The position numbers and the translations under genes were made by a program. 45,898 bases of DNA, from the UHGV virus genome UHGV-1375876; one strand, 5' to 3'. Below, piece after piece: positions 6,120 through 15,025 of the stretch. This DNA comes from a virus. Numbering within the stretch: position 1 is the first letter of the stretch; the number at the start of each line of letters is the position of its first letter. Below the pieces are notes generated by a model. The model saw only the letters and a program-made list of their open reading frames with translations. It had not been told where the DNA came from and ran no database searches.

Positions 6120-7921
6120 GCAGCATGAAGCAATACGACATCCGGCAAATTTCTGAAATGCTGGCGGCGAGGGCTGAGTCCGTTTGCGAGTGGCTGTTGC
6201 CCGGTGGAAAGCGTGAAGGCCGGGAATGGCGGGCCGGAAGTATAACCGGGGAGACGGGGAAGTCGCTTGGAGTCAATCTTTCCGGGAAACCGGGAGTGTG
6301 GCGGGATTTTGCGGACGATGCCAAAGGCGGCGATCTTATCGACCTCATTCAAGCCGTGCATGGGATCACGAAGGCGGATGCCGTCAGGGAGGCGAAAGAA
6401 TTCCTTGGCATAGCCTCAGAACGCCCACAATTCGCTCCTGAGCGCAAAAAGTACGTTAAGCCGACTCGTCCATCGGGATTGACGAAACCGAGCCCTGAAA
6501 TGCTTCTCTGGTTCGAAAAACGGGGCATCAGCAGAGAGGTCGTTGAAGCGTTCAAAATTGGGCAGCTAAACCATGCCCAGAAAGGGCCTGTCATCGTGTT
6601 TCCGTATCTGCGCGGCGGGGAACTTGTTTTTATCAAGTATCGCCCGCTGCATGACAAAAAAGACATGTGGACGAGCAAGGATTCTGAACCCTGTCTGTTC
6701 GGCTGGGATTTGATGCCGGAGAATGCGAGGACGCTGGTTATTTGCGAAGGGGAACCGGATGCAATGGCTTTTCGGCAAGCTGGAATCTGCGCCGTATCCG
6801 TGCCGCGCGGGGGTGGTGAGGGGGATAAGCAGGACGGGTGGATCGATGCGGAGTGGGAGCGCCTCCAGCTTTTTGACACGATTTACCTTGCGCTTGATCA
6901 GGACGAACAGGGCTGTAAAGCAATGGAGCATATTTCCCGCCGTTTAGGGCAGCATCGTTGTTTCATCGTCAGTTTTGGCGGGCACAAGGATGCAAATGAA
7001 GCTTTGGTTTCCGGGGTTGACCTGAAATCCGTTTTTGAATCTGCAAAGACTATCGATCCTGTGGAACTGCATTCCGCTTCTGACTATCTCGATGAAGTAT
7101 TTGCATATTTTAGTGACGCTCAAGAAGCCGGGGGGATCAAGCTGCCGTGGGCGAAGACGCAGACCACTGTCGGTTTGCGCAACGGAGAAACGACAATCTG
7201 GGCTGGCATAAATGGACATGGCAAAAGCCAGATTATCGGGCATGTTGTCGTTGATTCACTGGCAAAGGGAGAACGCTGGTGCGTCGCCTCCATGGAGTTC
7301 AAGCCATACAAATTCCTTGCCAGAATGGCACGACAGGCCTGTGCCACGAACAGACCTGAGCCGGGCGACAAACAGGCTCTTGACGCTTTCTGGAATGGTT
7401 CCCTCTGGGTGTTTGATGTGCAGGGTACAGCAAAGGCTGACAGGATTCTTGAAGTGTTTGAGTATGCGTATCGCCGTTATGGTGTCAGGCATTTTCTTAT
7501 CGACAGTCTGGCCAAATGCGGATTCGGCGAAGATGCATACAACGAACAGAAAGCCTTTGTTGATCGACTTTCAGACTTTGCCAGAAATAATGACATTCAG
7601 GTGCATCTTGTCTGTCACTCCCGCAAACGAAATGACGAATCGGACCTTCCTGACAAGTTTGACATCAAGGGAACAGGCGCAATCACGGATATGGTTGATA
7701 ATGTTTTCATTGTGTGGAGGAACAAGCCAAAAGAGCAGAAAGTACAGGAAGCGACAAGCGATTGGGGAAAGCAGCAAGCTCAGAATGAAGGGCCTGACGC
7801 CATCCTGTATTGCTGCAAGCAGCGCAACGGAGAATGGGAGGGGAAAATCAAGCTCTGGTTTGACCCAGCTTCTTTGCAATACCTGGAATCCGCAACTTCT
7901 TCTCCTGTGAGGTACTGCTGA
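6116..7921 (+). CDS. bifunctional DNA primase/helicase (TOPRIM primase plus DnaB/T7 gp4-like helicase)
   Basis: TOPRIM motif VICEGEPDAMAF and Walker A GINGHGKS. Helicase motifs DSLAKCGFGEDAY and HLVCHSRK are present. About 600 aa. Confidence 0.85.
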   Translation: MSSMKQYDIRQISEMLAARAESVCEWLLPGGKREGREWRAGSITGETGKSLGVNLSGKPGVWRDFADDAKGGDLIDLIQAVHGITKADAVREAKEFLGIASERPQFAPERKKYVKPTRPSGLTKPSPEMLLWFEKRGISREVVEAFKIGQLNHAQKGPVIVFPYLRGGELVFIKYRPLHDKKDMWTSKDSEPCLFGWDLMPENARTLVICEGEPDAMAFRQAGICAVSVPRGGGEGDKQDGWIDAEWERLQLFDTIYLALDQDEQGCKAMEHISRRLGQHRCFIVSFGGHKDANEALVSGVDLKSVFESAKTIDPVELHSASDYLDEVFAYFSDAQEAGGIKLPWAKTQTTVGLRNGETTIWAGINGHGKSQIIGHVVVDSLAKGERWCVASMEFKPYKFLARMARQACATNRPEPGDKQALDAFWNGSLWVFDVQGTAKADRILEVFEYAYRRYGVRHFLIDSLAKCGFGEDAYNEQKAFVDRLSDFARNNDIQVHLVCHSRKRNDESDLPDKFDIKGTGAITDMVDNVFIVWRNKPKEQKVQEATSDWGKQQAQNEGPDAILYCCKQRNGEWEGKIKLWFDPASLQYLESATSSPVRYC

Positions 7922-8109
7922 TGCTTATTCGTCTTCGGTGGATACTGAAAGATTGTATTGTAACAGCGGCATGTCATGGGGTCATTGGTCCGAAGACAGC
8001 TCACTGTTTTATATGGTCTGGGTTTGATTCATGTCTGATTGCCCACGATACTGTGAAATTTTTGGTCCCGGTGCGTGTGTTGGGGTATTTGATGAAAAGG
8101 AGTGTGTGA
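7921..8109 (+). CDS. hypothetical small protein
   Basis: 62-aa ORF with overlapping stop/start on both sides (TGATG). Confidence 0.3.
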   Translation: MLIRLRWILKDCIVTAACHGVIGPKTAHCFIWSGFDSCLIAHDTVKFLVPVRVLGYLMKRSV

Positions 8110-8501
8110 TGAATGCACCACAAACTGCAATGGAAACCTTGCGTCTTGAACTTCCCATTCCGCCGCTCGTCAACCACTACTGGCGGCACATTACAATCAA
8201 AGGGACCCCTAGAACGCTCATATCAGCCCGTGGGCGCGATTTTAGGGAAAATGTGGTGCGGATTGTGGGCCGAGAGAAAAAGGCCCTTAAAATCGATTCC
8301 CGCGTCAAGATCAATGTGCGGGTTTACCCGCCGGATAGACGCAAGCGTGACATAGACGGGTATCTGAAAGCCCTTCTTGATTCCCTTACTCACGCCGGGG
8401 TGTGGCTGGACGACGAGCAAGTGGACTCGATTTACATCACACGCGGCGAGGTAGTGAAAGGCGGAAAGGCCGTTGTCGAAATCTTGCCGATGGGAGAGTG
8501 A
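8109..8501 (+). CDS. rusA: RusA-family Holliday junction resolvase
   Basis: Clear RusA signature: PPLVNHYW, RDIDGYLKALLDSLTHAGVWLDDEQV. About 130 aa. Confidence 0.8.
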   Translation: MNAPQTAMETLRLELPIPPLVNHYWRHITIKGTPRTLISARGRDFRENVVRIVGREKKALKIDSRVKINVRVYPPDRRKRDIDGYLKALLDSLTHAGVWLDDEQVDSIYITRGEVVKGGKAVVEILPMGE

Positions 8502-8503
8502 GC

Positions 8504-8692
8504 ATGGCTGATAAAGAACGCAGGCTGTTGTGCGGCTGGAAGGCCATTACGGCCTATACTGGAGTTAGCCGTCTGCTCATGATCCGCTACGCCTATCCCG
8601 TTCATGACTGCGATAGAGCCACGCATCGCGGGTACGGCGTCTGCGTCTATACCGACGAGCTTGACGCCCACAAGGAGGCTGTCAGTGCATAA
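8504..8692 (+). CDS. small DNA-binding protein, weak excisionase/AlpA-family HTH-like
   Basis: 62 aa. Its pattern (RLLCGW.AI..YTGVSR..M.RY.YP) resembles HTH_17 excisionase-like domains. The call is tentative. Confidence 0.3.
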   Translation: MADKERRLLCGWKAITAYTGVSRLLMIRYAYPVHDCDRATHRGYGVCVYTDELDAHKEAVSA

Positions 8693-8945
8693 CATCGACA
8701 TCACAATACTTGGTGAACAGGCTCTTGCGGCACTCATGCAGCGGCTGTCGGAAGCACGCGGGAAGCACCCTGTTTTCGCGGAGGGCAAATACCACGCGCT
8801 CGGCGTTATCGGGGAGGAGTACCGTGAGCTTGTACACGCCGTTGAGCACGAAACCCCGGAGCGTATCTGCGACGAAGCCCTCGATGTAGCTGTGACCGCA
8901 CTGCGGCTATGGCTTGGGGAACACAAGGTTGGTGCTCATGAGTGA
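8685..8945 (+). CDS. MazG-like nucleotide pyrophosphohydrolase domain protein
   Basis: GTG start with an AAGGAGG Shine-Dalgarno. The all-alpha EExxE..A...E..D pattern (GEEYRELVHAVEHETPERICDEALDVAV) is typical of MazG. Confidence 0.45.
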   Translation: MHNIDITILGEQALAALMQRLSEARGKHPVFAEGKYHALGVIGEEYRELVHAVEHETPERICDEALDVAVTALRLWLGEHKVGAHE

Positions 8946-9306
8946 CGTGTGGGTGAGCCAGTTCGAACTGTCAGAGGCCATCGGTGACGTGGGGGCGGTC
9001 ATCCTCTGCGCACAGTGCGGTGGCCGTTCATACTTTATCCCCCGGAAGCCCACAGGTTTTCTTCTGGAGTTGCTTGGTCGGCAGCGTATGGCGGCCCTCT
9101 GTACAGAATTTGGGGGGATGCAGATCGTCGTGCCCAACCTGCGCCGTGGTGAACCGTTCAAAGGACGTATCCTGTCCCGTCTTGAAGCAGGGGAGAAGCC
9201 GGACGCCATCGCCGAAGCCCTTGGCGTAACCACCCGGTACGTCCGTCGGCTCAAAAAGCAGCTTTGCGGGAACTCGGAACCACAGCAGCAATATCGGTTG
9301 CTGTAA
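8938..9306 (+). CDS. Mor/C-family transcriptional activator (Mu middle/late activator-like)
   Basis: Contains the Mor-family core LLELLGRQRMAALCTEFGGMQIVVP and a C-terminal HTH (PDAIAEALGVTTRYVRRL). About 122 aa. Confidence 0.65.
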   Translation: MSDVWVSQFELSEAIGDVGAVILCAQCGGRSYFIPRKPTGFLLELLGRQRMAALCTEFGGMQIVVPNLRRGEPFKGRILSRLEAGEKPDAIAEALGVTTRYVRRLKKQLCGNSEPQQQYRLL

Positions 9307-9309
9307 GTC

Positions 9310-9327
9310 CGAACCTTGTTCACGGTG
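9310..9327 (+). promoter_or_regulatory. conserved 18-mer CGAACCTTGTTCACGGTG, copy 1 (candidate late promoter or activator site) upstream of the lysis cassette
   Basis: The identical 18-mer recurs at 15026..15043, 24330..24347 and 25815..25832. Each copy lies just after a stop codon and 32-50 nt before the first ATG of a rightward operon. Confidence 0.55.
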
Positions 9328-9373
9328 CCGCCTCCTCCCCCTGCCGTGGCAGAAGTGGACGCAGGAGGATTTT

Positions 9374-9898
9374 ATGCACATCATCAGATACCGCAAGGTT
9401 CCCGGAAAGATCGTCGCAAGTGCGGCGCTCGTCGCGCTTCTCGGCGTCGGGGCGGCCACCCTGTCCGTGGATATGATCGCGGATTTTGAAGGCTATGTGC
9501 CCGAAGCCTATCAGGACCCGGTCGGTATCTGGACCAAATGTTTCGGCGACACCGAGGACGTGGTGCCGGGTGCCCGGTACACGTTTGATCAGTGCGTGGA
9601 CTCCCTGAATGCCGCCGTCTATGCCCACGCCGGGCCTGTCCTGAGCTGCGTGCCGGGGCTGGCCGAGCAGCCGTACAAGGTCAGGGCGGCTTTCGTCTCG
9701 ATGGCCTACAACATCGGGCCGCATGGCTTTTGCACGTCATCCGTGGCCCGGTACGCCAATGCTGGAGAGTGGGAACGCGCCTGCACGCGTATGGCCGAGA
9801 TATACAAGACGGCCAAGGGGAAGGAGCTTCCCGGACTTGTGCGGCGTCGGCAGGCGGAATCCGCGCTTTGCCTCCAAGGGCTGCGAGAGGGCCGATGA
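9374..9898 (+). CDS. endolysin, GH24 phage lysozyme with an N-terminal SAR signal-anchor
   Basis: Catalytic region DFEGYVPEAYQDPVGIWTKCFGDT, like P21 R21. The N-terminal hydrophobic Ala/Gly-rich segment is KIVASAALVALLGVGAATLSV. Confidence 0.8.
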   Translation: MHIIRYRKVPGKIVASAALVALLGVGAATLSVDMIADFEGYVPEAYQDPVGIWTKCFGDTEDVVPGARYTFDQCVDSLNAAVYAHAGPVLSCVPGLAEQPYKVRAAFVSMAYNIGPHGFCTSSVARYANAGEWERACTRMAEIYKTAKGKELPGLVRRRQAESALCLQGLREGR

Positions 9899-10206
9899 TG
9901 TTCTCTTTTTTCTCTAAGCTCCTCCCTTTCCTTAAGCCCCTGACCGAGCGTTTGTTTACTGATAGCGCGCGGCGTGCCGAGCTTGAGGCTGAAAAAGAGC
10001 TGGTCGAGGCCCGGGCTTTTGCCAAGGGCAGGATCAGCCCGAAGTATCTGCTCAAATACGTGCTTGTCGCAGCCTTCGCCCTCTTTGCCGCCATAACCTT
10101 GCTCCATTTTTTATTTCCGCAGCACTTCGCCGTGTCACCGCTTGCGGAGTTGAAGGACCTCATTGACGTGGCTGCGGAGATTTTTGGTATGGGGGCAGGG
10201 CTATGA
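9895..10206 (+). CDS. lysis-cassette membrane protein (holin or spanin candidate)
   Basis: ATGA overlap with the endolysin. It has one strong transmembrane segment (YVLVAAFALFAAITLLHFLF). Confidence 0.4.
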   Translation: MMFSFFSKLLPFLKPLTERLFTDSARRAELEAEKELVEARAFAKGRISPKYLLKYVLVAAFALFAAITLLHFLFPQHFAVSPLAELKDLIDVAAEIFGMGAGL

Positions 10207-10487
10207 GCGGCGAGGAGAACATCCAGCTTGTGCGCGAGATCGGTGCGGTCAAGGCGGAACTGGCCGGGCTGACCGCCGAGGTAGCGGGTATCAACCAGCG
10301 GCTCGACGACATCGTGATCACGCAACTGAAGGATCACGGCAAACGGCTGGCCGCGCAGGACGCCCGCATCGCCGCCCTTGAAGCCGCCGAGAACAGGCGG
10401 GCGGGTGGTTTGGCCGTCCTTGCGGGTGTGGCCGCAGCCGCGGGCAGCGCTGGGGCTTTGCTCATGAAGCTGCTGGGCCCCCTGTGA
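10203..10487 (+). CDS. coiled-coil protein with a C-terminal TM (lysis accessory or spanin candidate)
   Basis: ATGA overlap with the upstream gene. It has a coiled-coil region followed by a C-terminal hydrophobic tail (AVLAGVAAAAGSAGALLMKLL). Confidence 0.35.
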   Translation: MSGEENIQLVREIGAVKAELAGLTAEVAGINQRLDDIVITQLKDHGKRLAAQDARIAALEAAENRRAGGLAVLAGVAAAAGSAGALLMKLLGPL

Positions 10488-10512
10488 TCTGAGTTTTTCG
10501 GAGCTATAAAAA

Positions 10513-11142
10513 ATGGATTTGAAAGTCGAACAGTGGCCTATTGATCGCTTGATCCCCTATGCGAGAAACCCGCGCAAAAATGATGCGCAGGTTGACCGTA
10601 TGTGCGCCGCAATTCTGGAATTCGGATTCCGTATCCCTATTGTTGCGCGTTCTGACGGTAGTATCGTTGACGGACACCTGCGTCTGAAAGCCGCCCGGAA
10701 GCTGGGCTTGAAAGATGTTCCCGTAGCTCTTGCCGACGAGCTGAGTGATGTGCAGGTCAAGGCTTTCCGACTGCTTGCAAACCAATCGGCAAATTGGGCT
10801 GAATGGGATAACGAACTTTTGGCCCTTGAGCTTGAAGAACTCAAAGCATCTGATTCGGGCATTATCTCGATGATGGAGTCGGATAGCTATGTCACTGGTC
10901 CCGTAAATATCGGCAACCCTGAAGAAATCACGATCTTGGAGCTTGCCAAGACGATAATCGAAAAAGTGCGGTCCTCGTCAAAAATTGTATTCCGGCCTAT
11001 CCCTGACGATGACCCCACGCGGCGCGTCCCCGACATCGGCAAGGCGTCCGCGTTTCTGGGGTTTAAGCCGACAACGAGCTTGGATGAGGGGCTTGAACTG
11101 ACGATTCCATACTACATCAACCTGCGCAGAGGCGTTCAATGA
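10513..11142 (+). CDS. chimeric ORF: N-terminal ParB-like nuclease domain fused in frame to a C-terminal fragment of an NAD-dependent sugar epimerase/dehydratase (UDP-glucuronate decarboxylase/UXS-like)
   Basis: Residues 1-115 carry a ParB/Srx-like motif (IPYARNPRKND..IVDGHLRLKAARKLG). Residues from about 125 (GPVNIGNPEEITILELAKTII..IVFRPIPDDDPTRRVPDIGKA..LGFKPTTSLDEGLELTIPYY) match the conserved C-terminus of UXS/ArnA-type dehydratases. Confidence 0.6.
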   Translation: MDLKVEQWPIDRLIPYARNPRKNDAQVDRMCAAILEFGFRIPIVARSDGSIVDGHLRLKAARKLGLKDVPVALADELSDVQVKAFRLLANQSANWAEWDNELLALELEELKASDSGIISMMESDSYVTGPVNIGNPEEITILELAKTIIEKVRSSSKIVFRPIPDDDPTRRVPDIGKASAFLGFKPTTSLDEGLELTIPYYINLRRGVQ

Positions 11143-11543
11143 GTGGCGGCAGGCCTGCGATAAAACGATGCAAAGAAAAGGCCTCGCTTGTAGAGGTGAT
11201 GGCTCAATACGGCGTACCGCAGGATGAAATTGCCGCAAAGATCGGCATGTCTGCTGATACGATGGTGAAGCTCTACAAAAAAGAGCTACTTTCCGGGAGG
11301 ACAAACGCTAATTTCAAAGTGGGAAAGCGACTGTTTGATAAAGCCATGTCGGGGGATACAACGGCCCTCATTTTCTGGGCAAAGACCCGGATGGGGTGGA
11401 GAGAGACGCAAAAAGTCGATCTTTCCAGTTCCGATGGAACGATGTCGCCTGTACCAGCACTTGAACTTTCCCATCTTTCTCCCGATGATCTGCTCAAGCT
11501 GACGCGGGAAGCCTTCAAAGAGACGGAGAGGAATGGCGGGTGA
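11139..11543 (+). CDS. terminase small subunit
   Basis: HTH-containing protein of about 134 aa immediately upstream of the large terminase. ATGA coupling on the upstream side. Confidence 0.65.
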   Translation: MSGGRPAIKRCKEKASLVEVMAQYGVPQDEIAAKIGMSADTMVKLYKKELLSGRTNANFKVGKRLFDKAMSGDTTALIFWAKTRMGWRETQKVDLSSSDGTMSPVPALELSHLSPDDLLKLTREAFKETERNGG

Positions 11544-14500
11544 GACGCTTGCTGAAATCCGCCGTGCGCTGGCCAGGAGCTGCATGGCGGCCTTCGTGCG
11601 CCACACCATGCCCGCCTACCGCATGGGCTGGGTGCATGAGGAGGTTTGTGCCGAACTGGACGCCTTTCTTGCCGATGTCGTAGCCGGGCGTTCCCCGCGT
11701 CTCATGCTGACCATGCCCCCGCGTCACGGGAAACTGTGCGCTGATGATACTCCTGTTTTGACGGTTGATGGGTGGAAAACTCATGGTGCGCTTAAGGTTG
11801 GTGATTATGTATTTCACCCAAGTGGCAAACCTGTGAGGGTTGTTGCTGTGGGCGAGAAAAATTTTGCCACTCATTCTGTTGTTTTTACCAATGGCGACAT
11901 AATAGATGTGCACCTTGATCATGAGTGGCGGGTGTATGACAGGACTAAACCCGGATATAGAACAGTTGAGACACGATACTTTGTGGAGCCAAGCAAAAAA
12001 ACTAAGGCGCTTAGGAAGCTGGATAGCGGTATCCCAGACACCAGAGGGCACAGGTATTTGTATCAGGTGGACACAGCTGATGCTCCCCAATGGCCTGCCG
12101 TAGAACACGTTATCCCGCCATACGTTTTGGGCGTGTGGTTAGGTGATGGAACGTCAATCGCGCCCAGAATAAACATGGCTCCTGATGACGCTTGTGTCGT
12201 CAAAATGGAGTTTGAACGACTAGGTGTGCCAATAACTGGAACATGGGTGCATAGAGATACTGGAGTTGAAACTTTTTCATTTGCCAGCGGCGTGAAAAAT
12301 AGAAGAAATATATTTTCGCAGGCTCTAAAAGATGCTGATCTGCTAAAAAATAAACATATTCCTAATGAGTACAAGCATGATAGCCTAGAAAACAGGCTTG
12401 ACTTGCTTGCTGGACTTATTGATACGGATGGTCATTTTGATAGAAAGACAAACAGATATCGTTTTACAACATCCAATGAGCTGTTAGCGCATGATGTAGA
12501 AGAATTGGCCATGCTATGCGGGTTTGTAGCGCATACAAATATCCCAGCACTAGATAATCGGGAAAGAACGATTAAAAATAAGTCACAGGTTTATGTGGTG
12601 TCATTTTTCTTTTCCGGTGTAGTTGTCCCGTGCAGACTTGAACGGAAAAAAGTTAATAAAACGTTTTCTTCTCTGCGTCGGCGCGTATCCATCAAATGTG
12701 TACGAGCGCTAGAGTCGCCTAAAATGGGGAATTGTATTCAGGTGGATAGTCCAGATGGCTTATATTTAGTTGGCAAACACCTTACGATAACCCACAATAG
12801 CGAGCTGGCCTCCCGCCGCTTCCCGGCCTACGCCTTGGGCCGCTACCCCGATCTATCCGTCATTTCAACGAGCTACGCCGCCGACCTGTCCTCGCGCATG
12901 AACCGCGATGTTCAGCGTGTCATCGACAGCCCGGAATACCGGGAACTCTTCCCGGGAACAGCCCTTTACGGCAAGAATATCCGCACCGTCGGGAACGGCT
13001 CTTATCTCCGCAACTCGGATATCTTCGAAATCGTGGGGCACGCTGGCTGCTACCGTTCCGCTGGCGTGGGCGGCGGCATCACGGGCATGGGTGGGCATAT
13101 CGTCATCGTCGACGACCCGTTCAAGGACCGGGCGTCCGCCGATTCCCCGACCATCCGCCAGAACGTCTGGGACTGGTACACGTCCACGTTGTACACGCGC
13201 CTCGCGCCCGGTGGAGGGGTGCTCATCATCAACACTCGCTGGCACATGGCTGACCTTTCCGGGCGGCTGCTTGAGGCCGCCGCACGGGGGGAGGGCGACC
13301 ACTGGCGCGTGGTAAACTTCCCGGCCATCGCCACGGAGGATGAGCCGCACCGCAAGGCAGGTGAAGCCTTACACCCTGAACGCTACCCGTTGGAGCAGCT
13401 TCTTGCCATCAAGAAAGCCCTCGGCACACGCGACTGGGAGGCCCTGTACCAGCAGCGGCCTACGCCAGACGGCGGCGCCATCTTCAAATCCGAGTGGCTG
13501 CGGTTCTGGCTCCCCAAAGACCTGCCGGAGCAGTTCGACCAGCTCCTTATCTCGTGGGATATGACGTTCAAGGACGGCGACGATACCGACTTTGTTGTGG
13601 GGCAGGTGTGGGGCCGCAAGGGGGCAGACCGCTACCTCCTCGATCAGGTCCGGCGGCGCATGGGATTTACGGACACGGTCGCCGCGTTCCGAGCGCTCGC
13701 CGCTAAATGGCCCGGCGCAACCCGTAAGCTGGTGGAGGATAAGGCCAACGGCCCGGCGGTCATCGACGCGCTGAAACACGCCGTGCCCGGTATCATCCCC
13801 GTGGAGCCGGACGGCAGCAAGACGGCTCGCGCCCATGCTGTGACCACGTTCTTCGAGGCCGGGAACGTCCTTATCCCGCACCCTGAGCATTGCCCGTGGG
13901 CGCGGGAGTACGTCGCGGAACTGACGCAGTTCCCCGGAGCGCCCCACGACGATCAATGTTTTGCTGCAGGCACTTTAGTTGCGACTTTGCGAGGGGGTAT
14001 CCCAATTGAAAAAGTAAAGGAAGGTGATTTTGTTGTGACTCCTCAAGGGTTTAGGCGTGTGTTGTTCGCTGGAAAAACCGGAGAGTCTGTGTTATTGTAT
14101 CGACATGGAATTTTTGCAACTGCGAATCATCCGTTCATGAAAACCAGTGGAGAAGTTTGCAAATTTGCAGAAATAGAAAAGTCTGAACTTGTTCACATGA
14201 CTATAAGGGAGTTGCTAGTATGGATATTCCGAAAAGAGTTGAATTTAATGGCGTCACCTATGCCCTCATGGCAGGGGGGAAATACTATCTTAGTCAGTCA
14301 AAAACAAACGCAGGTAGGAAAAATCCGAAGGGGCTTCATGTCGCTATTTGGGAATACTACAGTGGCAAGAAAGTCCCTAAAGGGTATGAGATTCATCACA
14401 AAGATGGTAATACACATAACAACAATTTTGACAACCTTGAGTGTTTATCACGTTGTGAACACCGCAAAACGGTTAAGCAAAACAAAGAAAAATGCCGTAA

Positions 14501-15021
14501 GCACCTTGAAGAAGTACGCCCTCTTGCTACTGAGTGGCACAGGAGCGAAGAAGGCCGTGCATGGCATCGAGAGCAAAGCAGGAAGGCATACGCAAAAAGA
14601 GAGTATACTGAGCATGTTTGTGAGTACTGCGGCAAGACGTATAAAACGCGCCATACGGGAAAAAACCGCTTCTGTTCCCATAATTGTGAAATCAAATGGC
14701 GATATCACAATGAATACGAGCTTGCCGAGGGTGTGTGCCAATGGTGCGGCAAACCGTTCACATACAAGACCGGAACCTGCAGAAAAAACAAAGTACGTAA
14801 ATTCTGCAGCAAGTCTTGCAGCACAAGCCACTTCAACGCCCAACGCCGTGCCAGTGTATAACCTCACCGTAGAGGGCGAGCACCTTTATTTTGCTAATGG
14901 GGTGCTCGTCCACAATTGTGACGCCACCACTCAGGCCCTCCGCGACTTCGACGCCAAACGCCCCATGTCTATCAATCCTGCTATCCTCACTCAACCACGT
15001 ATAGGGTATCGCTTCCGGTAA
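11533..15021 (+). CDS. terminase large subunit precursor interrupted by two inteins (extein about 488 aa)
   Basis: Exteins carry P-loop PPRHGK..S, Walker B IVIVDDPF and nuclease HDD motifs. One continuous 1162-aa frame spans two Hint-type insertions. Confidence 0.85.
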   Translation: MAGETLAEIRRALARSCMAAFVRHTMPAYRMGWVHEEVCAELDAFLADVVAGRSPRLMLTMPPRHGKLCADDTPVLTVDGWKTHGALKVGDYVFHPSGKPVRVVAVGEKNFATHSVVFTNGDIIDVHLDHEWRVYDRTKPGYRTVETRYFVEPSKKTKALRKLDSGIPDTRGHRYLYQVDTADAPQWPAVEHVIPPYVLGVWLGDGTSIAPRINMAPDDACVVKMEFERLGVPITGTWVHRDTGVETFSFASGVKNRRNIFSQALKDADLLKNKHIPNEYKHDSLENRLDLLAGLIDTDGHFDRKTNRYRFTTSNELLAHDVEELAMLCGFVAHTNIPALDNRERTIKNKSQVYVVSFFFSGVVVPCRLERKKVNKTFSSLRRRVSIKCVRALESPKMGNCIQVDSPDGLYLVGKHLTITHNSELASRRFPAYALGRYPDLSVISTSYAADLSSRMNRDVQRVIDSPEYRELFPGTALYGKNIRTVGNGSYLRNSDIFEIVGHAGCYRSAGVGGGITGMGGHIVIVDDPFKDRASADSPTIRQNVWDWYTSTLYTRLAPGGGVLIINTRWHMADLSGRLLEAAARGEGDHWRVVNFPAIATEDEPHRKAGEALHPERYPLEQLLAIKKALGTRDWEALYQQRPTPDGGAIFKSEWLRFWLPKDLPEQFDQLLISWDMTFKDGDDTDFVVGQVWGRKGADRYLLDQVRRRMGFTDTVAAFRALAAKWPGATRKLVEDKANGPAVIDALKHAVPGIIPVEPDGSKTARAHAVTTFFEAGNVLIPHPEHCPWAREYVAELTQFPGAPHDDQCFAAGTLVATLRGGIPIEKVKEGDFVVTPQGFRRVLFAGKTGESVLLYRHGIFATANHPFMKTSGEVCKFAEIEKSELVHMTIRELLVWIFRKELNLMASPMPSWQGGNTILVSQKQTQVGKIRRGFMSLFGNTTVARKSLKGMRFITKMVIHITTILTTLSVYHVVNTAKRLSKTKKNAVSTLKKYALLLLSGTGAKKAVHGIESKAGRHTQKESILSMFVSTAARRIKRAIREKTASVPIIVKSNGDITMNTSLPRVCANGAANRSHTRPEPAEKTKYVNSAASLAAQATSTPNAVPVYNLTVEGEHLYFANGVLVHNCDATTQALRDFDAKRPMSINPAILTQPRIGYRFR
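11737..12798 (+). mobile_element. intein 1 (354 aa) in the terminase ATPase P-loop, with a LAGLIDADG homing-endonuclease domain
   Basis: Starts CADDTPVLTVDGW and ends LTITHN with S at +1. LAGLIDADG motifs are LGVWLGDGT and LLAGLIDTDGHF. Markedly AT-richer than the flanking sequence. Confidence 0.75.
13957..14916 (+). mobile_element. intein 2 (320 aa) in the terminase nuclease HDD motif, carrying a nested HNH endonuclease ORF in another frame
   Basis: Starts CFAAGTLVATLRGG after HDDQ. Ends VYNLTVEGEHLYFANGVLVHN with C at +1. Block B is TANHPF. AT-rich. Confidence 0.75.
14220..14861 (+). CDS. HNH homing endonuclease with C-terminal Zn-finger repeats, free-standing ORF nested inside intein 2
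   Basis: HNH motif GYEIHHKDGNTHNNNFDNLECLSRCEHR, followed by multiple CxxC pairs. It has its own AAGGGAG Shine-Dalgarno and ATG. It is in the +2 frame relative to terminase, while the terminase frame stays open. Confidence 0.75.
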   Translation: MDIPKRVEFNGVTYALMAGGKYYLSQSKTNAGRKNPKGLHVAIWEYYSGKKVPKGYEIHHKDGNTHNNNFDNLECLSRCEHRKTVKQNKEKCRKHLEEVRPLATEWHRSEEGRAWHREQSRKAYAKREYTEHVCEYCGKTYKTRHTGKNRFCSHNCEIKWRYHNEYELAEGVCQWCGKPFTYKTGTCRKNKVRKFCSKSCSTSHFNAQRRASV

Positions 15022-15025
15022 ACTC

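Noticed and set aside
5228-6361. 377-aa minus-strand ORF
   Set aside because: It is antisense to the well-supported O-like initiator and the primase-helicase start. It is low-complexity Pro/Ser/Arg-rich, typical of GC-rich antisense frames.
9315-9345. Reading TTGTTC inside the 18-mer as a sigma70 -35 element
   Set aside because: No acceptable -10 hexamer lies 16-18 bp downstream in any of the four copies. The motif is better treated as an activator-dependent or phage-specific site.
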